A DNA stretch of 64,000 nucleotides from an uncultured Gemmataceae bacterium (GCA_963750165.1 CAVVPN010000010.1:64001-128000), one strand, 5' to 3'; positions 26,494 through 37,477 are shown, numbered from the stretch's first letter. Made by a program: numbers and translations. Notes: a model not told the origin generated them from the sequence alone.

Positions 26494-27747
26494 TCAGGAC
26501 AACCGATACCTGGGTTGTTGCTCCAGATACCGCCGCACCCGCTCCGTGCGCGTCACCGCCTCCTTCAGGAAGCCAACCGCCAGCCGCAGCCGCTCGTCCG
26601 GCTCGGCGCAGCTGAAGCGCAGGAAACCCTGTCCCGCCGCTCCGAAGCACTCGCCGCCCAGGCACGCCACGCCGAAGCGCTCGTCCGCCGCCTCCAGCAG
26701 GAACATCGCCAGGCCGTGCGACGTGATGCCCTGCCGCCGGCAGATCGCGGACACGTCCGGGAACACGTAAAACGTCCCCGCCGGCATCAACACCTGGACT
26801 TCCGGCACCAGGCGCAGTTCCGCGACCAGCAACTGCACCTTCTTGTGGAAGCGCCGCATCACCTCGTCGCGCTCGGCGGCGTCGTACTGGAGGGCGGCCT
26901 GGCCGGCCAGCTGCACGATCGGCGGCACGCACGACAGGCTCGTGTTAATCATCTTGCCGATGGTCTCGATCAGCCGCGGACTGCTGACCGCGTAGCCGAG
27001 TCGCCAACCGCTCATGCTGTACGACTTGCTGAAGGTATACGCCGCCACCACCTGGTCGAGCATGTCCGGATGCTCCAGCAGCGTGTGGTGCCGGCCCTGC
27101 CAGACCATGTGGCAGTACGGTTCATCGCTGAACACCGCCACGTCCTGGCCGCGCACCAGATCGGCGATGCCACGCAGGTCCTCCGCCGTGGCGACGCCGC
27201 CGGTCGGGTTGTGCGGCGAGTTCAAAAAGATCGCCTTTGGCCGGGCTGCCGTCTTCAGGAAGTCGGCCACGGCGTTCAGGTCCGGGCGGAACTGGTGCGC
27301 CTGCTTCAGTGCCGCGAACACCGGCCGGGCACCGCGGCGCTCGATGTTCGGCACGAACGTCGGGAACTGCGGGCTGAACACCAGCACGCTGTCGCCAGCG
27401 TCCAGCACCGCCTCGCAGAAGAACTGCTCGAACACCTTGGCGCCAGCGCCCACCACGACGTTGGCCGCCGTGATCGGCACGCCGAACTCCTTGCCGTAGT
27501 TCTCCGCAATGGTCTCGCGGAAGCCCGGTAGGCCCAGCGAGGCGCAGTAGTGCGTCTCGCCGGTGTCGATGGCCTGACGGCCGGCTTCGCGGGCGTGTTT
27601 GGTGCTGGGAAAGGGGCTGTCGCCGATCTGCAACTCGACCACATCCTTGCCCTGGGCCTTGAGCCGGCGGGCGACCGCCAGCACGTCGAAGGCGGTCTCG
27701 GCCGAAAGTTCCCGGGCGAAACGACTCAGGCTCACGGGGGTGGTCAT
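26494..27747 (-). CDS. PLP-dependent aminotransferase class I/II
   Basis: NSPHNPTGG, SDEPY, TFSKSYSMSGWRLGY, GTFYVF. Confidence 0.92.
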   Translation of the reverse strand: MTTPVSLSRFARELSAETAFDVLAVARRLKAQGKDVVELQIGDSPFPSTKHAREAGRQAIDTGETHYCASLGLPGFRETIAENYGKEFGVPITAANVVVGAGAKVFEQFFCEAVLDAGDSVLVFSPQFPTFVPNIERRGARPVFAALKQAHQFRPDLNAVADFLKTAARPKAIFLNSPHNPTGGVATAEDLRGIADLVRGQDVAVFSDEPYCHMVWQGRHHTLLEHPDMLDQVVAAYTFSKSYSMSGWRLGYAVSSPRLIETIGKMINTSLSCVPPIVQLAGQAALQYDAAERDEVMRRFHKKVQLLVAELRLVPEVQVLMPAGTFYVFPDVSAICRRQGITSHGLAMFLLEAADERFGVACLGGECFGAAGQGFLRFSCAEPDERLRLAVGFLKEAVTRTERVRRYLEQQPRYRLS

Positions 27748-27776
27748 GGCTCCTCGCGGTCGGTCAGCGGCCATTC

Positions 27777-27832
27777 GTGGGGCAGACCTTCCTGTCTGCC
27801 AAGGCACCGGCAGACAGGAAGGTCTGCCCCAC
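27777..27832. repeat. REP-like inverted repeat, family D (GTGGGGCAGACCTTCCTGTCTGCC)
   Basis: Perfect arms of about 24 bp; degenerate copy at 12946-12976. Confidence 0.8.
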
Positions 27833-27836
27833 GATA

Positions 27837-28583
27837 TTACTGTTTCGCGGCGATGGTCTGCGCCAGCGGCCGCACCACCGCACTGATGATGTGGTTGTCC
27901 ACCAACTCCTGGCACAGCTGCCGCTGATGACGGTACGAATCCACGAAGGTCTTGAACGGCTGCCGGCCCCAGTATTGCCGCACCGTGAAATACACGCTGA
28001 TCGGCGCCTCCGGGAACTGGCCCGTTCGTATCTGGTAAGCGTTCGTGCGCGTCTCGATGCTCAGCCGGCACTGTAGCCGACAGGTGTCGTCCAGCGCCAG
28101 CATCAGTGACGGCTCGTAATTAATGACGCGGGTGCCCTGCAACTGGACCAGGTTCTCCAGCGTGGTGTTGACGCCCAGGGCCTCGGCGACCACCTCATCG
28201 TGGTTGCCGCTGAAGGCGAAGTCGAAGGCGAACAGCACGTCCAGCGCCTCGCAGTCCAGCGGGCTCAGGTCCAGGTGGTACGGAGCCAGTTCCAGCACCC
28301 GTTCGTGCTGCGTGTCGGCGGCTTCCAGGTTGGGCGGATTGACGTAGCCCGAACAAATGCGCCGCTGCTCCAGCGTCACCCAGCGGTAACTGCCCTGCTC
28401 GCGCTCCTCCTCCAAAACGTATTCGCCGTTGTCACGGCAGTCGAAGTCGGTCATTTGCGGAAAGGTTTTTTGCAGGCTATCGAAGAAGTGGAGCACCGTC
28501 TCGCGGCGGGAGGGGAGTTCCATTTTGGTGTTGGTGTAAACGTACACCCCGAAGTCGTCACACAGGGATGTGTAGGGGTTCAT
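27837..28583 (-). CDS. Conserved hypothetical protein
   Basis: Protein-like composition and codon bias, MNPYTSLCDDF start. Confidence 0.75.
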   Translation of the reverse strand: MNPYTSLCDDFGVYVYTNTKMELPSRRETVLHFFDSLQKTFPQMTDFDCRDNGEYVLEEEREQGSYRWVTLEQRRICSGYVNPPNLEAADTQHERVLELAPYHLDLSPLDCEALDVLFAFDFAFSGNHDEVVAEALGVNTTLENLVQLQGTRVINYEPSLMLALDDTCRLQCRLSIETRTNAYQIRTGQFPEAPISVYFTVRQYWGRQPFKTFVDSYRHQRQLCQELVDNHIISAVVRPLAQTIAAKQ

Positions 28584-28928
28584 TTGCATTTCCTCAGCGT
28601 CCGGGAAGATAAGACACCGACGCCCGTATTCCTCGCCAAACTCTTCTCATTGTTGGGTAATGGCGCCCCATTTGCAAGACCCACAGGCCCTTTTCCTTGC
28701 CGCCGCCGCAGCCGCCACCGCACACAACTGACACGGTGATCGTATTCCCACCGGGTAGCGGACAATGGACGCACGTTCATCATCTAAAAACGTAACCTTT
28801 TTGTGTGAATCGAGGTGCGTGTATGGGAAAAGACATGGGAGTGGCTGCCTCGGAGCCTTGCGGCGCGTTGCGGGCGGGGCAAGGCCCCGAGGTGCGTGCG
28901 ACAGGTCTGGCGCGAGAAGAGCGGAAAC

Positions 28929-29201
28929 TCAGGCGCTCTGGGCGACCTTGGCGTGAGTGGGCACGGTGAGCGTCGTCTGTTGCAGCCAGCGGCCGGCGTC
29001 AGGGGCACCGTGCCAGCGCTCCAGGCGGATGGAGCGGACGTGCTCGCGTTCCTCCTCGTCGAACAACTCGAAGTAGGCATCCGCGAAGCCAGCACGCACC
29101 TGTGTCGAGGACCGGCCGAGGTAAATGAGACGCTCCGGGCGGTCCTCGAACACGGCGATGGCCCGCCAACCCTGGGGCTTGGCTTCCGTCTGGTAAAACA
29201 T
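28929..29201 (-). CDS. Hypothetical protein
   Basis: GGAGGG SD, 90-aa ORF with typical codon usage. Confidence 0.7.
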   Translation of the reverse strand: MFYQTEAKPQGWRAIAVFEDRPERLIYLGRSSTQVRAGFADAYFELFDEEEREHVRSIRLERWHGAPDAGRWLQQTTLTVPTHAKVAQSA

Positions 29202-29490
29202 GATTCGACCCTCCTTGGTCTAACGCGACGGTGAGAACGAAGCATAAGGTGCCTGAGATGGCTGTGCCAGTCAAGGGCAAGTCGTAACTTCCCGGATAGT
29301 GGGGGAGTTAGGCGGTTGTTGGCATCCGCTCAGTTGGCTGGTTTTGACGCCGCTACTCTTGATCGCCTATGGAGTATCGCCGAGCAAGATGCCGCCGCCG
29401 CGCTCAGCACGTGGGGCGGCAGTTGCCCCGATCGGCCGGCGGGCTAAGAATGTAGTGCCCGGCGTCGCTCCCGGTTTTCCGAGGTGTCGC

Positions 29491-30014
29491 ATGCAACCCC
29501 CGCCCCCCGCCCCCCCTGCCGTCCCTCCCGCCCGCGCAATCTCGCCGCGGCTCGACCTGCTGGGGCTGCTGGGTTTTGTGGCGTTGTGTGCCGCGGTCGC
29601 GGCGGGCGGCGGCTGGCTGACGGCGCTGAGCGTCAACGACTGGTACGCCGGCTTGAAGAAGCCGCCCTTCAACCCGACCGACGCAGCCTTCGGGCCGGTG
29701 TGGACGGTCCTGTTCGGCATGATGGCCCTGGCGGCGTGGCTGGTGTGGCGCAGCGCGGCTGGTCCGGCGCACGGGTGCCCCTGACGCTGTTCCTGGTGCA
29801 ACTGGCGCTCAACCTGGCCTGGTCGGCGTTGTTCTTCGGTCTGCGCGAGCCGGGGCTGGCGCTGCTGGAAATCCCGCTGCTCTGGCTGGCGATCTTCGCG
29901 ACGATGTGGACGTTCGAGCCGGTCAGCAAGCCGGCGGCGTATCTGCTGGGGCCGTACCTGTTGTGGGTGACGTTCGCGGGGGTGCTGACCTTCGCCATCT
30001 GGCAGATGAATTGA
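29491..30014 (+). CDS. tspO: TspO/MBR tryptophan-rich sensory protein (frameshift near 29778)
   Basis: WYAGLKKPPFNP..FGPVWTVL, then QLALNLAWSALFF, PYLLWVTFA in a second frame. Confidence 0.88.
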
Positions 30015-30363
30015 TCACGCGGCCAACTTGTCGGTTTCGATGAGTTTGAGGCAAAGCGCGCATCACTTCCAGTTCACGCTGAAACTCACGCTGGGCCTGC
30101 TCTGCCGAAAGGGCGTCAAAAACGTCCGGAAGTTGGACGCCGTGGCTCATGAGGTGGTCGGCCGCTTTTTCGCGAAACCCCTTGCGGACCCACAGGCAGT
30201 TGTCCGCGTGGTAAAAGAGTTGAACCGCCTCCGTGGCTCCCAGTCTGCCGGTCGCCAGGGATTCAATGACCCCCAGGTTAAGAAAAGCAAAAATGGCAAG
30301 TTGTTGAGCGGTTTCACCACCGTCCTGGGGAAATAGCGTCTGGAAGTGAATGGCTGTTCTCAT
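30015..30363 (-). CDS. Putative immunity protein (DUF3969-like; frameshift near 30052)
   Basis: AFLNLGVIESL..GATEAVQLFY..MSHGVQLPD; ATGA overlap with the upstream ORF; family assignment from memory. Confidence 0.55.
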
Positions 30364-30608
30364 GACTCGCCCTGGCTTGGGAAAAACTTGACATCCGCTA
30401 CCTGACCGGAAGCATGCTCGAAGTAATGCACGTCCCCGGTGTTGCCTTTTTTGATGACTTTCTGCCACTTTCCGGCCAGCAGTTAGCGCAAGACCTGGTG
30501 GACCGCGCGATTGCGGACAGGGTACTTGACGGCCCCTCCTTTGACGGGAACCCAGCCCTCCGGCACCGAGCCCGATGCGTAAACATCGGAGTACAGATTG
30601 AGGGGCAT
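30360..30608 (-). pseudogene. Small toxin-like ORF with in-frame TAA at codon 42
   Basis: GAGGAAGG SD; MPLNLYSDVY..VHQVLR*LLAGKWQKVIKKG..VHYFEHASGQVADVKFF; not in the ORF track. Confidence 0.55.
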
Positions 30609-30655
30609 CCTTCCTCAGGGCTAAGATCCTGGGCCTGTGAGTAGCAGAGGATCAT

Positions 30656-32029
30656 TTATCCCCGGAACAGCTCGTCAATCGCCTCCGCTTCCGTGATCGG
30701 CAGCGGTCGGTTCTCCGGCCCCGGCAAGCGCGTGCCCAGTTCGACGCCGACGCCCTTGTACACCGTGGCGGCGATCTCCGCCGGGCTCACCGGCCGGTCG
30801 CGCGGTTCAGCGCCGGTGCGATCCGACGCGCCGACGACCTGACCACCGCGCACCCGCGCCCCGGCGAACAGCACCGACCAGACGCCCGGCCAGTGGTCGC
30901 GGCCGCCGCGGCCGTTGAGTTGCGGCGTGCGGCCGAACTCGCCCATCGCCACCACCAGCGTGGTGTCGAGCAGGCCGCGCTGCCGCAAATCCTCCAGCAG
31001 CGCCGTGTACGCCATGTCAAACATCGGGCACAGCGTCTCGCGGTAGTCGTTCAGGTTCACACCCAGCGAGCCGCCGTCGGCGTGGCAGTCCCAGGTGATG
31101 TCGTTGAACACCGTGTCGAACATGTTGACCGTCACGAAGCGAACGCCATGCTCGACCAGTCGCCGCGCCAGCAGGCAGGACTGGCCGAAGGTGTTGCGGC
31201 CGTAGCGAGCACGGAGCGTGTCATTTTCGGCGGCGATGTCGAAGGCCCGCCGGGCGTTCTGCGCGAAGATCAGGTTGAATGCCTGATCGTAGGCGTTGTC
31301 CCGGGCGCGGCTGTCCTCGGTGGCGTCGAAGGCGCGCTGGGCGTTGTCGATGGCTTCCAGCAATTCGCGGCGGCTGCGCATTCGGGCCGGGTCGATGCCG
31401 GCGGGAGCGTTGATGTCGGTGATGCGGAAGTCGGCCGCGTTGGGGTCGGCCCGCAGGATGAACGGTTCGTGGCGGGCCCCGAGGTAGCCGGCCCCCTGGC
31501 CGTGGCTGACGCTGACGCCGGTGTTGCCGATCGGACTCGGCAGCACCACATACGGCGGCAGTCCGCCGCGACCGGCGCCGCGCAGGTGCGAGATGGCGGC
31601 GCCATAGTGCGGGTACTCCTGGCCGCCACGGAACAGGTAGCCGGTCTGCATCATTTGATGGCCGGTTTCGTGGATCGGCGCGGCACGGTGGTGGACGCTG
31701 CGCACGATGGCGTAGCGGTCGGCCACGCGGCTCATCAGCGGGAAGTGCTCGCAAATCTGCACACCGGTGACGTTGGTCTGGATGGGCCGGAAGGGACCGC
31801 GGACGTTGTCGGGGGCGTTCGGCTTGAGATCCCAGGTGTCCAGGTGGCTCGGGGCGCCGACCAGGAAGAGGAGGATGCAGTTGATGTCGCTGCGGCTGCC
31901 GCCGGTGGCCCCGGCCTGGGCCAGCGACAGGCCGACGGCGCCGGCGCTGAGCGTGCCCACCCGCAGGAAATCACGGCGGCTCATGCCGTCGCAGAACCGC
32001 ACCGGCTTCTGGCTCAGGAAATTCAACAT
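30656..32029 (-). CDS. DUF1501 domain-containing protein
   Basis: SRRDFL, GAPSHLDTWDLKP, YGRNTFGQSCLLARRLVEHGV, WDCH, GEFGRTP, GRDHW. Confidence 0.93.
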   Translation of the reverse strand: MLNFLSQKPVRFCDGMSRRDFLRVGTLSAGAVGLSLAQAGATGGSRSDINCILLFLVGAPSHLDTWDLKPNAPDNVRGPFRPIQTNVTGVQICEHFPLMSRVADRYAIVRSVHHRAAPIHETGHQMMQTGYLFRGGQEYPHYGAAISHLRGAGRGGLPPYVVLPSPIGNTGVSVSHGQGAGYLGARHEPFILRADPNAADFRITDINAPAGIDPARMRSRRELLEAIDNAQRAFDATEDSRARDNAYDQAFNLIFAQNARRAFDIAAENDTLRARYGRNTFGQSCLLARRLVEHGVRFVTVNMFDTVFNDITWDCHADGGSLGVNLNDYRETLCPMFDMAYTALLEDLRQRGLLDTTLVVAMGEFGRTPQLNGRGGRDHWPGVWSVLFAGARVRGGQVVGASDRTGAEPRDRPVSPAEIAATVYKGVGVELGTRLPGPENRPLPITEAEAIDELFRG

Positions 32030-32183
32030 GACCGAACTCCTCCTCGGCAGTTCCTGGGAACAAATCATCTACCATCGTACCCCGGGCGGCGGTGGGTGCA
32101 ATGGAAATGTTCGCGTTGGTGCATCACTTATCACTGAATCACTGAATCCCACGAACCGAGCGGAATCTGCTAGCCGCGGGTCG

Positions 32184-32798
32184 TCATGGCACAGGCGGTG
32201 GGACCGGGGGCGGATGTAGGGCCGTGATCCGCTCGATCAAGCCTTGCCGTGCGCGCAGGCGAGCGCGGAAGCGATAATCCCCCGCCAGCGCGTTGGCAAA
32301 GCCAAGTGCCAGCGCGGCCTCCCGATCAAGGAACCCGCGGATTTGCCTGGCTGCCCAGGACACCGCATCGCCGTCTTCGGGACGATAAAACGCGCCCCGC
32401 TCGCGGATCGCCTGCCACGCGGAGCGTCCCAACCGTTCATCGTTCTGGGCCAGAAAAAACAGTGGCAGCACGATGTTTTGGAGCACGCCACCAGCTTCCC
32501 GCACGTTCTCTTGCAACAACTCTGCCCAGGCGAGTTCAACGATCCCCCAACCGCGCGGTTGTGTCAACATGTCGGGGGTGATGAGAAACACGGCGTGACG
32601 ACATGCCAAAATCCCGTCTCGCAGCGCCGCCAGGGAAGTGCGGCCATACGGGTAATCGTGTCGATCCAGCCAGGGAATGATCCCCTGCTGTTGAAGCGTT
32701 TCGTACAGCGGATGCACCAACCTGTCCCGGTCTTCACGGCAGTGAGAGAGGAAGACGTGGTATTTACAGATCGGGAAGAACTGGAGCTTCCAGAGCAT
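32184..32798 (-). CDS. TIR domain-containing protein
   Basis: YHVFLSHCRED, GIIPWLDRHD, GILACRHAVFLIT, GWGIVEL (putative catalytic Glu), IVLPLFF. Confidence 0.85.
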   Translation of the reverse strand: MLWKLQFFPICKYHVFLSHCREDRDRLVHPLYETLQQQGIIPWLDRHDYPYGRTSLAALRDGILACRHAVFLITPDMLTQPRGWGIVELAWAELLQENVREAGGVLQNIVLPLFFLAQNDERLGRSAWQAIRERGAFYRPEDGDAVSWAARQIRGFLDREAALALGFANALAGDYRFRARLRARQGLIERITALHPPPVPPPVP

Positions 32799-32808
32799 GG
32801 GCAGCGTC

Positions 32809-33144
32809 CTAACCGGGAGGGGCCGGCAGCGGCGGCACCTTGACCACCGGCGCCTGCTGGCCGGTGATGATCACGATGAGGCGCTCACCCAGCAGCAGCG
32901 GCTGAACAAATATTCCGTTGACGATCTTGACCAGGTGGTGCTGCTCCAACTCCTGACAAGCCTCGATAATCTCCCCCAGGCTGATGCCTTTTTTTTGCTC
33001 CTCAAAGTCCGCGGCCAACGTTTGAAACGCCAGTGCCTGGCCCTGCCGCCGGTGTGGTTCGATCCGCGGGAAAGCGGCCAGGATTTCACGGTAGATGGGC
33101 GGAAGAGTATCCGCGTAGGACTGCAATTGTTCCTCAGTCGCCAT
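32809..33144 (-). CDS. Hypothetical protein, possible winged-helix fold
   Basis: AGGAGA SD; ..SLGEIIEACQELEQHHLVKIVNGIFVQPLLLG; 10 bp upstream of the TIR gene. Confidence 0.7.
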   Translation of the reverse strand: MATEEQLQSYADTLPPIYREILAAFPRIEPHRRQGQALAFQTLAADFEEQKKGISLGEIIEACQELEQHHLVKIVNGIFVQPLLLGERLIVIITGQQAPVVKVPPLPAPPG

Positions 33145-33343
33145 GACACCTCTCCTTGACTGATCGATCGAACCGCTTCCCCCGCGCTGGGGGCATGGGT
33201 GGCGAGCATCCCACGTTGGCATGGTAATCCTCCCCGCCCCCTTCACCAAGGGATTTTGAAAAAAACCGTTGCCCGCCCGCCCGTCTCCTGGTGTACTCAT
33301 CTCAGCGCTCCGCGCGAACCGCGTGACCTTCAGGAACCATCCC

Positions 33344-34388
33344 ATGCGCTTTGGCCTGTACGCCGAGATGCAGACGCCGCCGGGCCGGTCGCACGTCGAG
33401 ACCTACCGCGACCTGCTGCGGCAGATGGAGCACGCCGACCAGGTTGGCTTCGACGTGTATTCCGTCATCGAGCATCACTTTTTCCAGGAATTCAGCATCA
33501 GTGCCAACCCGCTGGCACTGATCGCTGCCGCCGCCCAGCGGACGCAACGGCTGCGCTTCCGTGTGGCGCTGCACACGCTACCGCTGTCCAACCCGATGCG
33601 CCTGGCGGGTGAGATCGCGGCGGCGGACATCCTGACGGGGGGCCGGCTGGAGACCGGCCTGGGTCGCGGCCACGCCTGGTTGTTCGAGCGCAGCGGCGTC
33701 GATCTGGCCGAGAGCCGCGGCCGCTTCGAGGAGGCAGTCGAAATCCTCCTGCGCGCCTGGACCGAGGACACGTTCAGTTTCGAGGGCCGTTTCTACCGCT
33801 TCAAGGATCTGAGCGTGGTGCCGAAACCGCTGCAAAAGCCGCACCCGCCGCTGTATACGGGCGGCACCAGTCTGGCCACGTATGAGATGGCCGGCACGCG
33901 CGGCTGGGGCATGTTCCTGCCCCCGTTGTTGCCGTTCAAGGCGATGGTGCCGTGCATCAACGCCTACCTCACCGCGGCGGAGCGGGCCGGCAACCGGCCG
34001 GAGATTGTCTACCTCCGCCCCGTGTACCTCGGCGACGACCCGAACACCATCGAGCACGAGGTCAAGGACGCCCTGCACGGCTTTCTGGCCTGCAACGCCA
34101 GCCCGGTCAAGGGCCTGCCGCCGCGGGAGGAGCTGAACGCCAAGGGCTACGGCTTCTACGCCAGCGGCGCTCTGGAGTCGCTGACGAAACTCAGTTACCG
34201 TGACATCGTGGAACAGGAGATCGGTTTCATCGGCACACCGGAGCAGGTGATTGGCCAGATTCGCCGGCTGCGCGCAGGCGCCGATCACGGAGCTGGCCAT
34301 CCTCACCAACTTCGGCGGCCTGGAACACTGGAAGGTCATCAAGACGCAGGAATTGTTCGCCCAGCACGTGATGCCGGCGTTTCGGTAA
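33344..34388 (+). CDS. LLM class flavin-dependent oxidoreductase (frameshift near 34278)
   Basis: MRFGL, EHHF, GRLETGLGRG, PKPLQKPHPP, GTPEQV; LFAQHVMPAFR tail in another frame. Confidence 0.9.
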
Positions 34389-34405
34389 CCCCTGGAGCAA
34401 CCCGC

Positions 34406-34843
34406 ATGGCGACCCTCGACCTGGAACAAATCTGGGCCGACCATCTGGCCGGCGAGTTCACCATCAAGGACGTGGAGCACACCCTCGGCACGATGGTGGA
34501 GGACGCCTCCGTCAACCACATGCCGGTCAACACGGGCGGCCGCGGCAAGGCCCAGCTGCGCCGCTTCTACCAGGAGGACTTCATCCCCTCCTGGCCCGAC
34601 GATCTACAAATGACGCTCACCAACCGCGTCCTCGGAGCGTCCCAACTGGTCGAGGAACTGCACCTGCGCTTCACGCACAGCAAGCCGATGCCGTGGTTTC
34701 TGCCGGGCGTGCCGCCGACGGGCCAGGTCGTGGACATCGACCTGGTTGTGGTCGTGCAGTTCCGCGGCGACAAGCTGGCCTGCGAGCGCATCTACTGGGA
34801 CCACGCGTCGGTGTTGCGGCAGGTCGGACTGCTGAAGGACTGA
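34406..34843 (+). CDS. Ester cyclase / SnoaL-like NTF2-fold protein
   Basis: WADHLAGEF, PGVPPTG, ERIYWDHASVLRQVG. Confidence 0.85.
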   Translation: MATLDLEQIWADHLAGEFTIKDVEHTLGTMVEDASVNHMPVNTGGRGKAQLRRFYQEDFIPSWPDDLQMTLTNRVLGASQLVEELHLRFTHSKPMPWFLPGVPPTGQVVDIDLVVVVQFRGDKLACERIYWDHASVLRQVGLLKD

Positions 34844-34862
34844 CCAGCTGGGATGGTGCTGG

Positions 34863-35531
34863 TTATTTTTTCTGGCCGGCGCGCTCGATGAGGCGCTGTA
34901 CATTGTCAAGCATCTTGTTCAGGTTGTCGCGAACCTCCGCCCAGTTGTCCGCCGTCGCCGCGTCCACGCGGGCCAGCTGCTCGCGCAGCGCCGCGCACTG
35001 CTGGCCCAGCTCCGCCAGATTCTGGGCGAGCTGCTGCTTCTCCGCGCCGTCGGCCTTGTCGGTCTTTGCCTTCAGCACGGCGATGCGCTCGTCCGCGTCG
35101 AGGAGCATGGCCTGAACGTTCTTCTTGTACTCGTCGCGCTGCTTGAGCGCCGCCGACCGGGCGAACGTCATGGCGAGGTTGATGCCCTGCTTGAGCTTGC
35201 CCAGCGTGAAGGCCGGCTCGGTCAGCGACAGCAGCCGGTTGCTGCCGTCCTTGACGTAAAAAGTCACGCGGACGCGCTTGCCTTCCTTGAGGTTGGCCAG
35301 CTTGCCCTCGGTTTGCGGGAACTCAATGCGCGAACGGTCGTCGAGGGTCACCCTGAGGAATTCGCCCTTGCGGACGCGCAGGACAATCTGCTTTTCCAGC
35401 GGCCGGACCTCGGTAATGAACCCCGTGGCCGTCAGGAAGGGGGCGTCCTGCTGCGGACCGGGCTGGCCTTCGGCGCGGACCCACGCCAGGGCAAGGACCA
35501 GGGCGAGGGAAAGGGGAAGCGTGTATTTCAT
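34863..35531 (-). CDS. Hypothetical exported protein with C-terminal coiled coil
   Basis: Signal peptide, OB-like beta domain, heptad-rich tail. Confidence 0.7.
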   Translation of the reverse strand: MKYTLPLSLALVLALAWVRAEGQPGPQQDAPFLTATGFITEVRPLEKQIVLRVRKGEFLRVTLDDRSRIEFPQTEGKLANLKEGKRVRVTFYVKDGSNRLLSLTEPAFTLGKLKQGINLAMTFARSAALKQRDEYKKNVQAMLLDADERIAVLKAKTDKADGAEKQQLAQNLAELGQQCAALREQLARVDAATADNWAEVRDNLNKMLDNVQRLIERAGQKK

Positions 35532-35629
35532 GCGTCAGCCTCCGTGTGAGAATACGCCGGCCCTCGGGCCGGCGGGCGCATACGTTGAACGGCGTGGATG
35601 GCGACACCTCCAGGATAAAGGCGACAACC

Positions 35630-36388
35630 ATGACGGGCAACGGCAAGACGGCACTGGTCACGGGCGCGGGCTCCGGCATCGGCCGGGCGGCGGCGCAGGC
35701 CCTGTTGCGCGAGGGCTATTCCGTGGTACTCGCCGGGCGACGGCCCGAAGCGCTGGCGCAAGCCGTGGCGGCGGCGGGGCCGGACACGGCGCGGGCGCTG
35801 GCCGTGCCCGCTGACGTGAGCGACCCAGCGGCCGTGACCATGCTCTTCGAGAAGACGCGCGCGGCGTTTGGCCGACTCGATGTGCTGTTCAACAACGCCG
35901 GCACCGGAGCACCGCCAGTGCCGCTGGAAGAGCTGACGGTCGAGCAGTGGCGGCGGGTCGTTGACGTGAACCTGACGGGCGTGTTCCTGTGTACGCAGGC
36001 GGCCTTCCGGCTGATGAAGGCGCAGACGCCGCGCGGCGGCCGCATCATCAACAACGGCTCGATCTCAGCACATGCGCCGCGGCCGCACTCCGCGCCCTAC
36101 ACCGCCACCAAGCACGCCGTCACCGGGCTGACGAAGGCGACTGCCCTGGACGGCCGGGCGTATGACATCGCCTGCGGTCAGATCGACATCGGCAACGCCG
36201 CCACCGAGATGACGGCACGCATGAAGGACGGCGTGCTGCAGGCCAGCGGCGAACGCACTCCGGAGCCGACGATGGCTGTGGAAAACGTCGCCCGGGCGGT
36301 GGTGTACATGGCGAGCCTGCCGCTCGACGCGAATGTGCTGTTCCTGACCGTGATGGCGACGAAGATGCCATTCGTGGGCCGCGGCTGA
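35630..36388 (+). CDS. SDR family oxidoreductase
   Basis: [26 protein letters not shown]. Confidence 0.92.
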   Translation: MTGNGKTALVTGAGSGIGRAAAQALLREGYSVVLAGRRPEALAQAVAAAGPDTARALAVPADVSDPAAVTMLFEKTRAAFGRLDVLFNNAGTGAPPVPLEELTVEQWRRVVDVNLTGVFLCTQAAFRLMKAQTPRGGRIINNGSISAHAPRPHSAPYTATKHAVTGLTKATALDGRAYDIACGQIDIGNAATEMTARMKDGVLQASGERTPEPTMAVENVARAVVYMASLPLDANVLFLTVMATKMPFVGRG

Positions 36389-36412
36389 TCCCGTTTACGT
36401 TTCGCATTGCCC

Positions 36413-36442
36413 TTGACGCTGTCGGCGCGGCCACCTTACATT
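36413..36442 (+). promoter_or_regulatory. Putative sigma-70 promoter
   Basis: TTGACG-N18-TACATT upstream of 36492. Confidence 0.4.
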
Positions 36443-36491
36443 CACAGGACGGGTCTTGCTTCTCCCCCATTCCTCAACCGGTAGACCAACC

Positions 36492-37477
36492 ATGACCGCG
36501 CGCCGCTGGTTCGGTTGCCTGGCCCTCCTGGCCGGGCTGACGGTTTGTTGCTCGACGCCCACCGCCCGGCGCAGGACGGTCAGCCGCTGCGCTGGAAAGC
36601 CTTCGACGAAGGCGCCAAACCTTTCTACCAAATCCTCCAGACCAAAACGGTCCAGCAGATGAAGGTGATGGGCCAGGATGTCAACCAGGAACAACTCCAG
36701 ACCTTCTACGTCAAGTGGACGCCCGCCGCCAAAAAGCTGCGCCTCAACGGCAGAGACCACTGGGTGGTCGCCTACCAGATCATCGGCGTGAAAATGGACA
36801 TCACCATCGGCGGCAACAAGATTACGTACGACTCCACCGACCCGAATCAGGCCCAGGCCCCGTTGAACGATTTCTTCAACGCCCTGGTCGGGAGCGAACT
36901 CACGTTCTACATCACCGAGGACTTCCGGGTCGCCCGTATTGACAAGGTGGACGAGTTCGTCAAAAAGGTGGGCAAGGCCAACCCGCAAATGGAAGCCCTG
37001 CTCAAGAGCATCCTCAGCGAGAACGCTCTCAAACAGTCGGCCGAAACCATCTTCACCGCCTACCCCCCAAAAGGGGACTTCCAGCCCCAGAAGCAGTGGC
37101 AAAAAACCCAGGAACAGGACTTCGGCCCGGTCGGCGTCTATCACCACAAAAACACCTATACCTGCGAAGCGAACCCCCTCAAAATCCGCATCCGTACCAC
37201 CCTGGAATACAAGCAGCCCACCAGGGCGGACGGGGCGCTGCCGTTCAAGATCGTCAAGGCCAAGCTGACCGGCAACACGGCCAAGGAGGGCGAAGCGGTG
37301 TTCGACCGCGTCAAGGGCCGGTTCGCGACCTCGACTTTGCAGGTTCGGGTGGAAGGGGAACTCACCATCGAGATCGGCGGCATGGAAACTACGGTGCAAC
37401 TGACGCAAACGCAGGAATCGCGGATGCACACCCAGGACGCGGACCCGGTGGCCGAACTCAAGAAGAAGCGGCAGTGA
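36492..37477 (+). CDS. Hypothetical exported protein (DUF6263-like; frameshift near 36575)
   Basis: Signal peptide in one frame; LRWKAF..QQMKVMGQ..YDST..GRF mature domain in another. Confidence 0.7.

Noticed and set aside
24400..26500. tRNA array as part of a prophage or ICE
   Set aside because: No integrase, att duplication or phage genes on either side.
26433..28624. Similar motifs GGAAGATGAGACGCCGACCCC and GGAAGATAAGACACCGACGCC as att sites
   Set aside because: Several mismatches and they flank ordinary genes; more likely degenerate REP halves.
30398..30655. 85-aa minus and 76-aa plus ORF-track entries
   Set aside because: The frame 30608-30360, with SD and ATGA coupling, is more protein-like.
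33269..34843. LLM-ester cyclase fusion (524 aa)
   Set aside because: Artefact of the frameshift near 34278; the LLM gene has its own stop at 34388 and the cyclase has its own SD/ATG at 34406.
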